Assembly (NCBI GenBank): GCA_977018835.1
Contig: OZ361256.1
Location: 7,440,001-7,504,000, forward strand
From: Minutocellus sp. GHC0000111
Taxonomy: Eukaryota
Direction: 5' to 3'
Length of the DNA stretch: 64,000 nucleotides
Shown here: one piece after another, positions 34,727 to 45,764 of the stretch
Layout of the letters: each line of letters opens with the position of its first letter
Numbering within the stretch: the first letter of the stretch is position 1
The notes under the pieces: model-generated
Seen by the model: the letters and a program-made list of their open reading frames with translations, nothing else
Told to the model about the DNA's origin: nothing
The model's database searches: none
Translations under genes and position numbers: made by a program

Positions 34727-36739
34727 TTACAGGTCATCATCCATCATGCTATCCTCGGCGCTACTCTGTCGGAATCGAGCGTCGAACGACGAGTGGCCAG
34801 GGGGGATGATGGGACCGGTACCAGCGCTTGCCGCAGTACTGGCGGCGCCCCAACCTGCAGTTTGGCCCAGTCCGGGAGTCATGCCGATGGACTGGGAGGC
34901 CACGTCCGGAGCACTTGCGCTCCTCCACAGCGACGACAATGTGCCATTGCCACCAGCATTATCACCGGAACGATCGAATCCTTGATTGAATCTATTCGGA
35001 TGGAAGGGATCTTCCAGCTTGGTTGGAATGCGATCCCCCATGCCGGCGGCAACGTCCTGCTCGCTGCCGGAGTGACTACTGCCTGCCAAATGGATGGCGC
35101 TGACATCGACCTCGGACTCTTGCGATGTGCGCCGTCTCTGCCGGTCAAGATGAGATGGCCGACCACCGGCATCGCCCATTGTGGGCTCACCAGTATCCAT
35201 GTCGCTGTAGTCATTGTAAGCATAGTGATTAGATGAAATGTGTCTCCGAACGACGCCTCTCTTAGATCCATCTTCTCCGAGGCGTCGCTCCTCGTGCTGC
35301 AGATATGAATCCAAATGAAATTGTTGTTGTGATTGATACTGATGAGAATGACTGGAGGCAGTACCCTCACTCGCCGCCGCGCCTGCATTCAGGACACCGG
35401 CCGATCGGCCTCGGGCGGCACTCCAGGCCGCCAGCCGTTTGACTGGAAGCTCGGCCAGAAAGGTAACGAGATCCGACAGTCGGGAAATAGGAGACCAACC
35501 ACCGTAGGTGGCCAGGGTACTCGTGAGCGGATCTGACCCACCTGCGAGGGCATCGCTGTCAACACAGATACCGTTCATTTCCCCCTCCTCAGCTGACGGG
35601 GGATGAATCGAGGGGTTGGATGACACAATGATGCGTTCCACCATGGGAGGGCCGCTGGATGTCGCTGACATTGGAGCAGGCGCCGCCACCGAAGGATGGG
35701 ATCCTCGCTCGGCAGTGTTCTCCGAGCTGTATTGTTGGAATGAATTTTGCTGTTGTTGTTGTCGTTGCTGCTGCTGCATCTGCTGCTGCTCTTGTCGCTG
35801 CTTCTGAACCAACTCCGGTATCGTGGAAGGGGCACTCGTCCCACCTTCTCTGGTTATCCGAACGATTAGCGGAGGCGAATGCGGGTACATGCGAGGTATT
35901 TGGACCAAGTAGTTCCAAGTTTCATAGCACGAAGATGACGAGGCATGCGGACCGTTCGACGGACCATCAGCGCTGTGACTGCTCCCACCCCTGTTGCTGG
36001 TGTTGTCGTGCCGCATTACGCCCCAACCGACCATTTGCCACGGATTTTCGTTGGTTCGAAATGTAACCGATATTCTCAGTCGGAGAGGATCGACAATGTC
36101 TCGTCTGACCACAATGGTTCCATCCGCGGACCGCAGTGCCCTGTGATAGTGCACGCCGCCATTACTGCTCCCACCTCCGCTTGCACTGCTGCCATTAGCA
36201 CTGCTGTTGTTGCCTCCAGGTTCGTCCAACGATATCCACTGTACTTCATTCCCATCGCTCCTTTCCCCATTCCCCCCCAACACATTGTGTGCCATGACCT
36301 CAATGTCCTTGTTCAACCGAAGCTCACCCGGACTGGTCGATATCTTGACCCTCTTGAGAGACGATCCGATGGAATTGAAGCAGTCCAGGCTGGAGAGGGA
36401 TGCCGAGCTCGACTCCCGCTGAGTCGCCGATGCACCGCCGCCGACACCGCCGTACAGAGACGAGCCAAAGGCCGTGTTGGTCGACGACGTGGAATAGTAG
36501 GAATTGGCCGAGTAGGAATTGACCGACGTGGTCGATTCGGACCGGTAGTATCCCCGGCTCTCCCCTCCTCCCTGTCCTTGTTGTTGGTGTTCGTTTGGTT
36601 GCACATTAGCAGTATGCATGGCGCTGCCGGTCGTAATGAGGGACCCACCTGGACCTCTCTCCTCCCGCAGCCCCTGCAACTGCTGCTCCTGATCGGCCGA
36701 TAGGCCCGCCGGTATTTGGGACGGCAGAGCGCGCTTCAT
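34727..36739 (-). CDS. Hypothetical protein with dispersed ubiquitin-conjugating (E2/UEV)-like motifs
   Basis: Long ORF with SPGELRLNKDI, IPRMYPHSPP and WSPISRLSDLV separated by low-complexity inserts. Confidence 0.55.
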   Translation of the reverse strand: MKRALPSQIPAGLSADQEQQLQGLREERGPGGSLITTGSAMHTANVQPNEHQQQGQGGGESRGYYRSESTTSVNSYSANSYYSTSSTNTAFGSSLYGGVGGGASATQRESSSASLSSLDCFNSIGSSLKRVKISTSPGELRLNKDIEVMAHNVLGGNGERSDGNEVQWISLDEPGGNNSSANGSSASGGGSSNGGVHYHRALRSADGTIVVRRDIVDPLRLRISVTFRTNENPWQMVGWGVMRHDNTSNRGGSSHSADGPSNGPHASSSSCYETWNYLVQIPRMYPHSPPLIVRITREGGTSAPSTIPELVQKQRQEQQQMQQQQRQQQQQNSFQQYSSENTAERGSHPSVAAPAPMSATSSGPPMVERIIVSSNPSIHPPSAEEGEMNGICVDSDALAGGSDPLTSTLATYGGWSPISRLSDLVTFLAELPVKRLAAWSAARGRSAGVLNAGAAASEGTASSHSHQYQSQQQFHLDSYLQHEERRLGEDGSKRGVVRRHISSNHYAYNDYSDMDTGEPTMGDAGGRPSHLDRQRRRTSQESEVDVSAIHLAGSSHSGSEQDVAAGMGDRIPTKLEDPFHPNRFNQGFDRSGDNAGGNGTLSSLWRSASAPDVASQSIGMTPGLGQTAGWGAASTAASAGTGPIIPPGHSSFDARFRQSSAEDSMMDDDL

Positions 36740-37113
36740 CGCCCCCTTCGCCTTCGCCGAAAAACCCGACGCAACCACGTTCGAATTGCAGCACGTCTCT
36801 CTTTTGGTTTGTGCCGTATACTACGAATCGCCAGCTGATCGTGGTATCACACAAATCGGCGCCCTTCTGTCGGACAAAGAGGGTCAATCAATAATTCTAG
36901 CTATGCAGCTGGGCGCAGTACATTTGTAGCAGCAGCGTATCCGACCGCTCCTTTCCCAGCTTCTGCAACCATGGTTCTCTCGTCTCTTCAAGTCGGTGTT
37001 GGCCGCTCCCAGATTTTTCGTCTGTCCGCCGTTCATACGCTTTGTGCGCTTCTCTCCTCCAATGCTTTGCTCGTGTCATTTTTGCCGCCAGACGAAAGAG
37101 GAGAGGAGCAACG

Positions 37114-39003
37114 ATGGCCTCCAATGCGCCCGACCCCGCCGCCCCACCGGTGCCCGTCGGCATCGATCTGGGCTCCCTCCACGCCCGCCTTGCCGTTACG
37201 GACGCCCTCCAGCTCACCGACGTCACGAATTCAGCAGCAGGACATTCAGGCAGCAACCTCCCCGAACCGCGGGTCGTCTCCAATGCGCAGGGATCGCGCT
37301 ACACCCTGGCGGCTTCGACCTTGGACGTGACGCATCCCATTGACGAGTACGGCGATGATAACGGCGGGAATAAGCCGGATGAGGTAGAACAGGTGCAGTT
37401 CATCTTTGGCGATGCGGCGCGCAAGGCACTGACGCGGAACAAGCGGCCGCTGGGACAGAGCCTCGTCCGCCAATTGTCCATGCTGAGCATCTGCAACAGT
37501 GTCGATTGGACTACCGATGGTGAGGAGGAGGAGGAGGACGATATTGTCATGGGCGACAAGGATCAGAAGCCAGAGGAAGCACCAGAAGCACCTGCAGTGG
37601 AAGAGGCAGAGGCCAAGACGGCCGCCCAGGCCTCGTCGGCATTCTTTGCCAATCTGGCCAATCTGGCGTGCGATGCCACCTCGTCCCATCCCACGCAGCT
37701 CAGGGCCGTTGTGAGTGTGCCAGCTGGTGCCGATCGGCGCATAATCCGTGGTGTGGTGGACAGTGCCGAGCGTGGATTGGACGAGGCCATGGCCGAGGCG
37801 CAGGGCAAGGAGAAGAGCAAGCAAAATGGCAACAACAACAACAAGAAGAGGGGCAAGAACGATGGCGGCAAGGTCGTGGGCGTACTGACGGACCCTGCCG
37901 CGGTCTGTCTGGCACATGGGCTGGCCGATGCGTCTCCGTCCACCGTCGAGCTTGGATCTGATAACAGTGCTGCCAACTCCAACTCGAACCCGAACCAACC
38001 GGGACCGTCCAACTGGCGTCATGCCCTCGTGGTGGATTGGGGTGCCTCCGGCCTCACACTGTCGCACGTAACGCGAATGGGTTCGTCCAACATTCTTTCC
38101 ATCGTTTCGACCACCAACGATGCCTCGCTATCCGGTCGTACCTTGACCGATCTGCTCGTTTCGCACTGTGCTTCGCAATTCGAACGCAAATGTCGCGTCG
38201 CAGGAGTACTGGACTCCAAGAAGAGCAAGGCCCGTCTCGAGGCGGCATGCGAGATTGCCATCCGTACCCTCGGTAGGGCTACCTCTTGTCACGTCACCGT
38301 CGATGGTCTGTACGAGGGTATGGATATGAATGTCCCCGTCAGTCGACCTCGATTCGACATGCTGTGCGGACCATCGCTGCGCAAGGCGGAGGCCCAAGTC
38401 AAGACCATCAAGGAGGCATTGGCAGGAAGCGATGGAGGGGCATCGTTCGATGTCGTCCTTCTTGCTGGCAATGTATCTCTGATGCCCAGTGTCAAGGCCA
38501 TGGTTGATCGATTGTTCCCCGCCGCCAGTGAGAATGGTACTCCGGCGGCATGGAGAGGTAGGACTGATATCCCACCGGACGAAGCGGTCGCAATGGGATG
38601 TGCCAAGCATGCTGCTGCCCTGGTCGATCCGGCCCGACCGACGCCACCCCCCGAGGCCGGCGGTGATCGACGACGCTTCTGGAGACAAGAGGCTGTGGTG
38701 ACCAGCCCCGTCGCAATTGGAATTTGCACGTGGGGAGACGATAGCAAGAAATGCCCCCCGGTGCCTCTCATCGAGGTCGGTACTCCTCTTCCGGCATTGG
38801 CTTCCAAGAAGATTGTCTGGGGCGAAGAAGGAGATACTACTCTGGGCATTGTGCAGATGATTGATGGTGGAGATGGAAGCTGCCAAGAAAAGTTGCTTGG
38901 AAGGATAAACGATATATCCTTTGGTTCCGAGCTTGCAATAGAGCTAACGAAGGAGGGCAAGCTCAGCGTATCCATCGATGGCGGCGAGAGCGTTGTCTTG
39001 TAG
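37114..39003 (+). CDS. Atypical Hsp70 (HSPA14/Ssz1-like, no lid)
   Basis: GIDLGS, LVVDWG, ARLEAACE, VDGLYEGMD...VSRPRFDMLC, PDEAVAMGCA. Ends after a short beta domain with no EEVD. Confidence 0.8.
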   Translation: MASNAPDPAAPPVPVGIDLGSLHARLAVTDALQLTDVTNSAAGHSGSNLPEPRVVSNAQGSRYTLAASTLDVTHPIDEYGDDNGGNKPDEVEQVQFIFGDAARKALTRNKRPLGQSLVRQLSMLSICNSVDWTTDGEEEEEDDIVMGDKDQKPEEAPEAPAVEEAEAKTAAQASSAFFANLANLACDATSSHPTQLRAVVSVPAGADRRIIRGVVDSAERGLDEAMAEAQGKEKSKQNGNNNNKKRGKNDGGKVVGVLTDPAAVCLAHGLADASPSTVELGSDNSAANSNSNPNQPGPSNWRHALVVDWGASGLTLSHVTRMGSSNILSIVSTTNDASLSGRTLTDLLVSHCASQFERKCRVAGVLDSKKSKARLEAACEIAIRTLGRATSCHVTVDGLYEGMDMNVPVSRPRFDMLCGPSLRKAEAQVKTIKEALAGSDGGASFDVVLLAGNVSLMPSVKAMVDRLFPAASENGTPAAWRGRTDIPPDEAVAMGCAKHAAALVDPARPTPPPEAGGDRRRFWRQEAVVTSPVAIGICTWGDDSKKCPPVPLIEVGTPLPALASKKIVWGEEGDTTLGIVQMIDGGDGSCQEKLLGRINDISFGSELAIELTKEGKLSVSIDGGESVVL

Positions 39004-39070
39004 ACTAATATAAATTGAAAAGTGTGCGCCATAAATTTCTCTCTCTATTGTACAACGGTAGAAATAATAC

Positions 39071-40504
39071 TCAAGTCTCTTCCACCATTTCATCCAAATG
39101 TCGCAGTGTCTTCTGTCTTACTCGTTTCCTTGGGTGTTGATGCTTTGGTTGTTGCTCGGAGGCATCTGCCGGTGCCGATGCAGTGGCATCTCCTTCGCCG
39201 ACGTAAACAACTAGAACCGTCATATCATCATAGTTGGCTTTGTGCTCTTCACCTTCACACTCCTCATTGAGCAGCCATTCTTCGTGACTCTTACGAACAA
39301 TAGCACGGCAAGCTTCCGCTGGGTCGTTTCTATACATGTGACAAATATCGATAACCTCCTGGTTCTCCATCACATCGAACACGCCATCGGTTGCCAAGAC
39401 GATTACTTTCACGCTCGGCGAGATCTTGAGGGTCAACATCTCCGGCTCGGCATGTACTCCCAACTTCTGTGCCACCGAATCGCCGATCGAGCGACTGAAG
39501 GCACATCCGGGAAAGTGTCCCTGCTTGGACCAGACCCGAGGCGGATCCTCCGCTTCGCAATCGGGATCATCAGCGGGACAATAATTGGGATCGATCTGTC
39601 CAAAAGAAAGAATCCGAGCTCCATGCTTGATGCACCGCGCAGCTTCATCAGGTCTTCGCGGTGTCTGATCCTTGGAGAGAGGCACCGCTCTCAAGGTGTC
39701 GGAGCCAGGCAGAGCAGTGCCAAGAATCGCCCGGCTGTCACCGACGTTGCTGATCGTAATACTGGTGGCCTCATCATCGTGTTCATCGGGATGAACCAGC
39801 AAACTAATGGAGGTGGTTCCACTGTAGGTATCGACGATCTCCGACGCTCGGAGCTCATCGTTACAGATGGTGTGAGATTCATGGATCGAATGCTGAATGG
39901 ACGACGTGCCCTGACTAATGTCTCTATGAAGCAGGTGGGGCAGCCTCTCCTGTACGAAGCGAGAACAATGATGGCCATGCGGGCCGTGCCCGTCGTACAC
40001 GCCGAAGAAGGCCGAATGCGCGCGCTTCCGACGACCGTGGGCATGCCCGACAGGCGCTCCAGTACCCGCGCTCAAAGCAGCATCCGCGGACGCCGCCGAT
40101 CCCACACTGCTTGATCTCGAGAATGTACTCACACTGAATCGATCCTGGTTGGGTTTGGTATGGTCCTCGGCATCTCTCCCTCTCCGGGATAGCGATGCAA
40201 AGCGGAGCACCGCACCGCCGACAACAATTGCGCGGTTTTCGGCTCCCAGGTCCTTCACATCGAAATCGGGCTGCGGGGCATGCGTGTCCAACCCAGGCGA
40301 CGATTTCGATGCCGCCGAAGGAGTGGGATTGGGAGCTGGTGCGCCGGTATCTTCAGCTACCTCCGATATTGGCTCAGTCCCACCAGTCGAGGCACCGGCG
40401 GAAATCTTTTTGGCGGCAGCAGCGGCGGCCGGTGCCGACTGCGGTGCCGACTGCGGTGCCGCATCTGCCACCGCGACCGCCTCCGTCGACGACGAGCAGC
40501 CCAT
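39071..40504 (-). CDS. PP2C phosphatase with N-terminal MGC acylation motif
   Basis: PNQD, FGVYDGHG, SGTT, NVGDSRA, FSRSIGD, LATDGVFD, DDMT. Confidence 0.95.
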   Translation of the reverse strand: MGCSSSTEAVAVADAAPQSAPQSAPAAAAAAKKISAGASTGGTEPISEVAEDTGAPAPNPTPSAASKSSPGLDTHAPQPDFDVKDLGAENRAIVVGGAVLRFASLSRRGRDAEDHTKPNQDRFSVSTFSRSSSVGSAASADAALSAGTGAPVGHAHGRRKRAHSAFFGVYDGHGPHGHHCSRFVQERLPHLLHRDISQGTSSIQHSIHESHTICNDELRASEIVDTYSGTTSISLLVHPDEHDDEATSITISNVGDSRAILGTALPGSDTLRAVPLSKDQTPRRPDEAARCIKHGARILSFGQIDPNYCPADDPDCEAEDPPRVWSKQGHFPGCAFSRSIGDSVAQKLGVHAEPEMLTLKISPSVKVIVLATDGVFDVMENQEVIDICHMYRNDPAEACRAIVRKSHEEWLLNEECEGEEHKANYDDMTVLVVYVGEGDATASAPADASEQQPKHQHPRKRVRQKTLRHLDEMVEET

Positions 40505-40837
40505 AATAATTTGAATATATCAGTATAAGACCTGCAGGAGAGCTGGTATTCGATAGTCTGTAAAGGGTGAGCGGCAGTAGGCGAACGTACGAACCGAACC
40601 GAAGGCAGAAGATGTGGTGTTGATGAGACCTGCCTGCCTGACACGAAAATCCTCGGAACGTGCCGGGGACACCTCACTATTACGTCGAAAAGAAATCCCT
40701 ATTGCAAATTTTCGGGGACGTCTGCTCTCTGCTGGACCGACTTTTCTTCTTCCCGCTTTCAGATCTACCGGTACGCTACCGATATATCAGAAAGATTTGA
40801 TTTAGGGCAAACTCTATCCTTTAGATCTAGCTAGAGT

Positions 40838-42220
40838 CTAATCCTTCCTTGGAGCAATCTGAATCTTCTGTCCTGGCTTGATGTTGCTCAACCCAAGCAT
40901 GTCCAGCATCGCTTTGGCCTTGTCATCTTCCTTCTTTTGCAGTTCTCCAATCCGATCCGACCTCTGTTGTTCCCTCCTTGCTTTTCGAGATTTCTCTGTG
41001 GCCAGAGCCTGCTGGAAGCTGGCATCTCGGCCTCCACCGTATAGGGCCTCATCGTCCAGAGCCGGGCCGCCCATTGCCTCGGACTCTCTATCCCGATGGC
41101 CTCCATGCATTTTATCGGCTTTCTCTCTCTTCTTCTCCATTTGGCGCTCACGACCATAGTCTGCTTTGCCACCGGTCAATTCTTCGTGCGTCGTCTTGAC
41201 ATGCTCCCGAAGACGCCGATTGGCCGTACGATTCCTTTGAATTTCCTCGGGTGTTTTACGGCCTCGCCTGCCATATTCATCATTGCCACGATCATCAGAA
41301 CTTCGAGGAGGAACTGCAGCAGCTGCAGGTCCAGGGCCGCTCTGTTTGGCATTACCACCAGCCGGAGCCGACCACTCCGTCTGTTTCTTGACACCAGCCC
41401 TCACCATTTCAAGGCTCTGCTGTTCTGTCGCATTGGTCTTGAAGGCCCACTTATGCTGTGTTCGCTTGCACTGGTCCAGTGCCTCCTCTGGCAGTTTGGC
41501 TTGATAGTACCCCTCCTCGAGCTCACCGTCGTTGAATTTATCCGCAAATTTGCCAAACAATTTGTGCGTTTCGGTGGACGACAAATCCTCAAAGTGGACA
41601 CCCTTGGTTCTGTACAAAAATAGACGAAAGTGCTGGTGATATGCAAAGTAATCGGCCTCGGCATCTATCGGATCAGCGGGGGGCTTTGAGGCCATCGGGC
41701 CCAGCGGATACAGCTTAGATGGCGAAGGTGGTTTGGCTCGATTTCCATCATCCTTGTGATCCTTGGAATGCTTCTTCTTATCGATATGCTTGCGGTCCTT
41801 CTTCTTGTGATGATCGTCCTTCTTCTTGCTCTTCTTGCTGCGCCGACGATCATCGTCATCGTGTCGCTTCCGATCGGCAGACCTATCGCGACTACGGCTT
41901 CGGCTGCGGCTCCTATCCCTCTTCTTCCTATGCCGGCGGGAATCATCCCGGTCGCGATCCTTGTGCCTGTCTCCATCCCGGTCCCGATCCCGGTCCCGAC
42001 GAGAGGAAGACTTGTGGTGATGGTGGTCCCTGCTGCCGCTGCTCTTTTTGTGCCGGCGGTCGTCGTCCTCACGTTCGCGATGCGATCGCTTCTTCTTCTC
42101 GTCACGATCACCACGTCCTTTCTCCCTCTCCTGCTTTTCCACATATCTCTTGGCTTTCTCCAGCAGCCTATCCTCCTCGCTTTGCCCCCCTCGTGCGTCG
42201 TTCTTGTCGCTTTTCGTCAT
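40838..42220 (-). CDS. RS/RD-rich nuclear protein with a style cell-cycle inhibitor 1 (SCI1)-like domain
   Basis: DYF.....F..FL...KG..FEDLSS..T..LF..F...FN.G.L...YY and HKWAF. Charged N-terminus. Confidence 0.7.
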   Translation of the reverse strand: MTKSDKNDARGGQSEEDRLLEKAKRYVEKQEREKGRGDRDEKKKRSHREREDDDRRHKKSSGSRDHHHHKSSSRRDRDRDRDGDRHKDRDRDDSRRHRKKRDRSRSRSRSRDRSADRKRHDDDDRRRSKKSKKKDDHHKKKDRKHIDKKKHSKDHKDDGNRAKPPSPSKLYPLGPMASKPPADPIDAEADYFAYHQHFRLFLYRTKGVHFEDLSSTETHKLFGKFADKFNDGELEEGYYQAKLPEEALDQCKRTQHKWAFKTNATEQQSLEMVRAGVKKQTEWSAPAGGNAKQSGPGPAAAAVPPRSSDDRGNDEYGRRGRKTPEEIQRNRTANRRLREHVKTTHEELTGGKADYGRERQMEKKREKADKMHGGHRDRESEAMGGPALDDEALYGGGRDASFQQALATEKSRKARREQQRSDRIGELQKKEDDKAKAMLDMLGLSNIKPGQKIQIAPRKD

Positions 42221-42378
42221 GGTTGGCCGGCGGAAAAAGCGGAAAAAGTGAGGAGGTGACGTTTCCCAAACTCCGAAACATCTATTGGAAAACTTCCTCA
42301 TGCACTCGGAAAATTTCAGGAAATAAAATGGCTCCAAATTCAAAGAGTCTATTATCGCGAGATTATGGCTTAACACAT

Positions 42379-43608
42379 CTACTCTTCTTCTTCCGCCTCC
42401 TCAACAATGCGACCATCTTTGTCGAAGGACATGTACTTAAGCGGTGCAAAAGTCCTGCGATGGATCGGTGAGGCGCCGTGCTTGAAGACGGCCGACATGT
42501 GAGCAGCTGTTGGATATCCCTTGTGCTGTTGCAAATTGTATTCCGGGTACAGTTCGTCATAGGCGTGCATCAATCTGTCCCGAGTCACCTTGGCAATCAA
42601 GCTGGCAGCGCCAATGCAATACTCGCGTGAGTCGCCCTTTACCATCGGCTCAGCTTCGCATGGCATCTCCTTCGGAACTCGGTTTCCATCAATGAGAGCG
42701 TAATACGAATCATCCACATCTTCCCCTGCACTCAATGCCGTAGCTGCTGCATCTGCTGCTTCAATAGCCCTTCCACTGTCATCATTGGCCCCACAAACCA
42801 CATAACAGCCATTCCTATCCACTGATGCTTCCTTGATGCAACCCTTTCCCTTTGGTGGGTCCATGATGGCAGTTGTTGCCATCTTCATTGCCTCCATTGT
42901 AGCCTGCAGAATATTGATCTCATCAATTCTCGGAGCATCCACAACCGCAGCTGCCCACCGCACGCCGGGTGCTGCTACAATCTCCTCATACAGCCTCTCC
43001 CGCTCCTCTTCCTTGGTAATCTTCTTGGAATCTGTAATGCCCGGAATATTGACGGGTAGGAGTGCAGCTGCCGCAACGACTGGTCCTGCAAGAGGGCCTC
43101 TACCAGCTTCATCGACACCAATCACCATCAGACGATCATTCTCCAAGCTCTTTTGGAGAGACTTCTCTCTTGCTCGAGGAAGACAGGCAGGTTCCACCGC
43201 CCCCTCCTTATCTTTCTTCTTGGCACCTTTCTTCTTAGAAGAAGCAACCTTTGTTGTACGAGTAGCAGTGGCGGTCTCTTCAGCCTTCTTCACCCTGGTT
43301 GATCTACGCTTCTTGCGACCACCAGTATCAGTACTGGTACTTGCGGTCTCCGTGTCGTCCGAACTAATCTCGGCAGCCTTGCGCCTGGGCCTCCCTCTGG
43401 TCTTGCGCACAGTCGATTTGGGTGCGGAAGACGAGGAAGCCTTGATATCGTCGCTGCCTCTGCTGGTCGACAGACTCATTATAGATGTGTTGAGCCGAGG
43501 AGATTTGCGTCTGGGAATGACCGCAGCGGCTGGAACCACGATACCAGTGTCGGCATCATGTCCACCGTTGTCCTTTTGCGCGCTGCTCCTTGTTAATCTT
43601 CCGCCCAT
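42379..43608 (-). CDS. rnhB: Ribonuclease HII (bacterial-type, probably organellar)
   Basis: GVDEAGRGPLAGPV, DSKK, INILQAT, IDGN, VKGD, AASLIAKVTRD, HKGYPT..H, HRRTFAP. Confidence 0.93.
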   Translation of the reverse strand: MGGRLTRSSAQKDNGGHDADTGIVVPAAAVIPRRKSPRLNTSIMSLSTSRGSDDIKASSSSAPKSTVRKTRGRPRRKAAEISSDDTETASTSTDTGGRKKRRSTRVKKAEETATATRTTKVASSKKKGAKKKDKEGAVEPACLPRAREKSLQKSLENDRLMVIGVDEAGRGPLAGPVVAAAALLPVNIPGITDSKKITKEEERERLYEEIVAAPGVRWAAAVVDAPRIDEINILQATMEAMKMATTAIMDPPKGKGCIKEASVDRNGCYVVCGANDDSGRAIEAADAAATALSAGEDVDDSYYALIDGNRVPKEMPCEAEPMVKGDSREYCIGAASLIAKVTRDRLMHAYDELYPEYNLQQHKGYPTAAHMSAVFKHGASPIHRRTFAPLKYMSFDKDGRIVEEAEEEE

Positions 43609-44001
43609 GATGGTGCTGTAGTGGCGGTACCGGTAGTTGCAGAGACGACTTTGGCGGGAAGGTGAGAATGAGGAGGTGGTGGGTTGGAGAAATGCCGTAG
43701 ATGGCGAAGATGTGAGCGCAGCCGAAGATGCAGGCTGGGGAAAGCGAGCGGTAGCCGCCGCAACCAGGGATATGATCGAGCGACGAATAATGATTGCAGA
43801 GATTAGGTATGGTTCAACTGCCGGCGCAAGGGCGCAGACATGCGAGCAGGAAAAAATGAGCCTGGCATTTCACGGAGAGGGAGGGGGAAAATGAATCTCT
43901 TGTCTCATAACCTTTAATATTAATACCGCGTCATACAGAAACCTCAACCTCTGTGATAGTTCAGCATGTATGGTCCGTCCATCGCCCATTGTCAAGGCAC
44001 C

Positions 44002-45764
44002 ATGCTGAGCTGCAGCGCCTCGCTCTCCCGAGCGGCGGCCTCCCGGCTGTCCGCGTCGGCGTCGAAATGCGGCGCAAGGAGCATGGGAACCAGGGCGAGG
44101 GAGGTCCTCAACACCGAGCCCATCCCCGCCGGCCACACCATCGATTCCGTCAAGCCACCGTGAGTGCTGCTCCTGCCGGATTGCCGATAAAATGCAAGCC
44201 GATGTGCCATGTGTCTGTTCTTTCAGACAGAATGTGGGCAGAGCATCACTTTGAAGCTTGCATCGCACGGTGCCATTCTGCGCCGTTTTTTTTTACTCTA
44301 CCCATGTATTCTCACTTCTCGTATTTTCATCTCCGAAATGTGACACATCTTGTGTTTTCCATTTCCACTCACAGCAAGTACTGGGGACATCCCGGCGAGG
44401 TCGAAGCCGATCCGGACGCCTTCCCTCCCTCGAAGCCGGTGACGTCGGCCCATGCCATCGACCTGACGTCGGATCCTCCGCGTGTATCCGCTCGCGATTC
44501 TGTTGCCGTCGGCCCGACCGGCTCCGTCGAGCATGGCCGATACGGCGAGCTTGGAGCCGACATCGCCGCCGGAATCCCCCTGGAATATCTGTCTCTGCTC
44601 CGTCCTGCCGCCGAGGCTGCCGCTGCCGTCAAGGCCGCGACGTCCGGCAGCAAGGGCACTGTTTTGGTGTATGGTGCTACCCAGCCCTCTGGTATTGCTG
44701 CTGTTCAGCTTGCTGCATCCGCTGGTAATGCCGTCGTGGCAGTCGTCGGTGGTGAGCATTCCGGCAACGACGAGATGCTCGACGTTGTCAAGGGCCTGGC
44801 CTCCGAGCCTGGCACGGCCGTTCCCGAGGAGTACGCTCTTGTCAAGGGTGCCTTCCGTGATTTGGTGGACAAGACCGCTAACGGTGACGATCCCAAGTCC
44901 TGGACCGATCACGATGCCGATGCCTTCCTGGCCGACTTCAAGACCAACCTCTTGGACTATGTCGCCGCCTACCCCGACACCCTCCCCGCCGCCGTTTCCA
45001 AGGACAAGCTCCTCTTTGCCGGCAAGGAGAAGGATCGCAAGAACTTCCGTGCCAACATGGATGCCTACCTGAGTCAGTTCCCCCCTGGCGAGGCTCCGAT
45101 TGACCCCGAACAGCTCAATGCCTACTTCCCCAAGGAGCAGTACGCTTCGTGGAAGGCCAAGTTTGGTCAGCAGACCACGGCCGTCATCTCCGGCGATGAC
45201 ACTCCCGATTTTGTCCCTGCAAGATTGGTTCGGAATCAAATGGCCAGCCCAGACCCTCTAGGTGACGATATCCTCAAGGCTGCCGAGGTACCATATGAAT
45301 TCGATGTTCTCCGACCGAACTACGGCACCGACTTGCCAACCATCAAGGGCGGTCCGGTATCAGGAGCCATTATTGTTGTAACCCCCGACCTGGCCGCGGC
45401 AGCACAAGCTGTGGAAAAGGCTGGCAAGTCCATCCGATCCAAGGCTGAGGCATTGCAGTTCCTCCTAGAATCGCAGAAGAACGCCTATGCCGCCGCTCGA
45501 TCGGTCATCCAATGTGCCGAGGCTGCCGGTGGTACCGTAACGGTCGTCGGTGGAGACCTCCCGGGTTTCAAGGCCGTCGAGGCCGCCGACGCCGACGTCA
45601 AGGAGGCAATATCGGCCATGGAAATTGCCGAGGATGGAAGCTCACGACTTAACTTCTTCCTGCAGGTATACCGGGCTGGAGATTATCCCGTCTATGCCGA
45701 TTATGCTGTCCACCGTGCCACCGAGGACCTTGCCGGACCTCGTATCGTCGTCGTGACCAAATAA
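44002..45764 (+). CDS. Mitochondrion-targeted protein with an MDR/Rossmann-like segment; intron 44160-44374
   Basis: Arg/Ser/Ala presequence; in-frame GTGAGT..CAG splice; VLVYGA...SGIAAVQLA...G..VVAV; strong C-ending codon bias. Confidence 0.7.
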
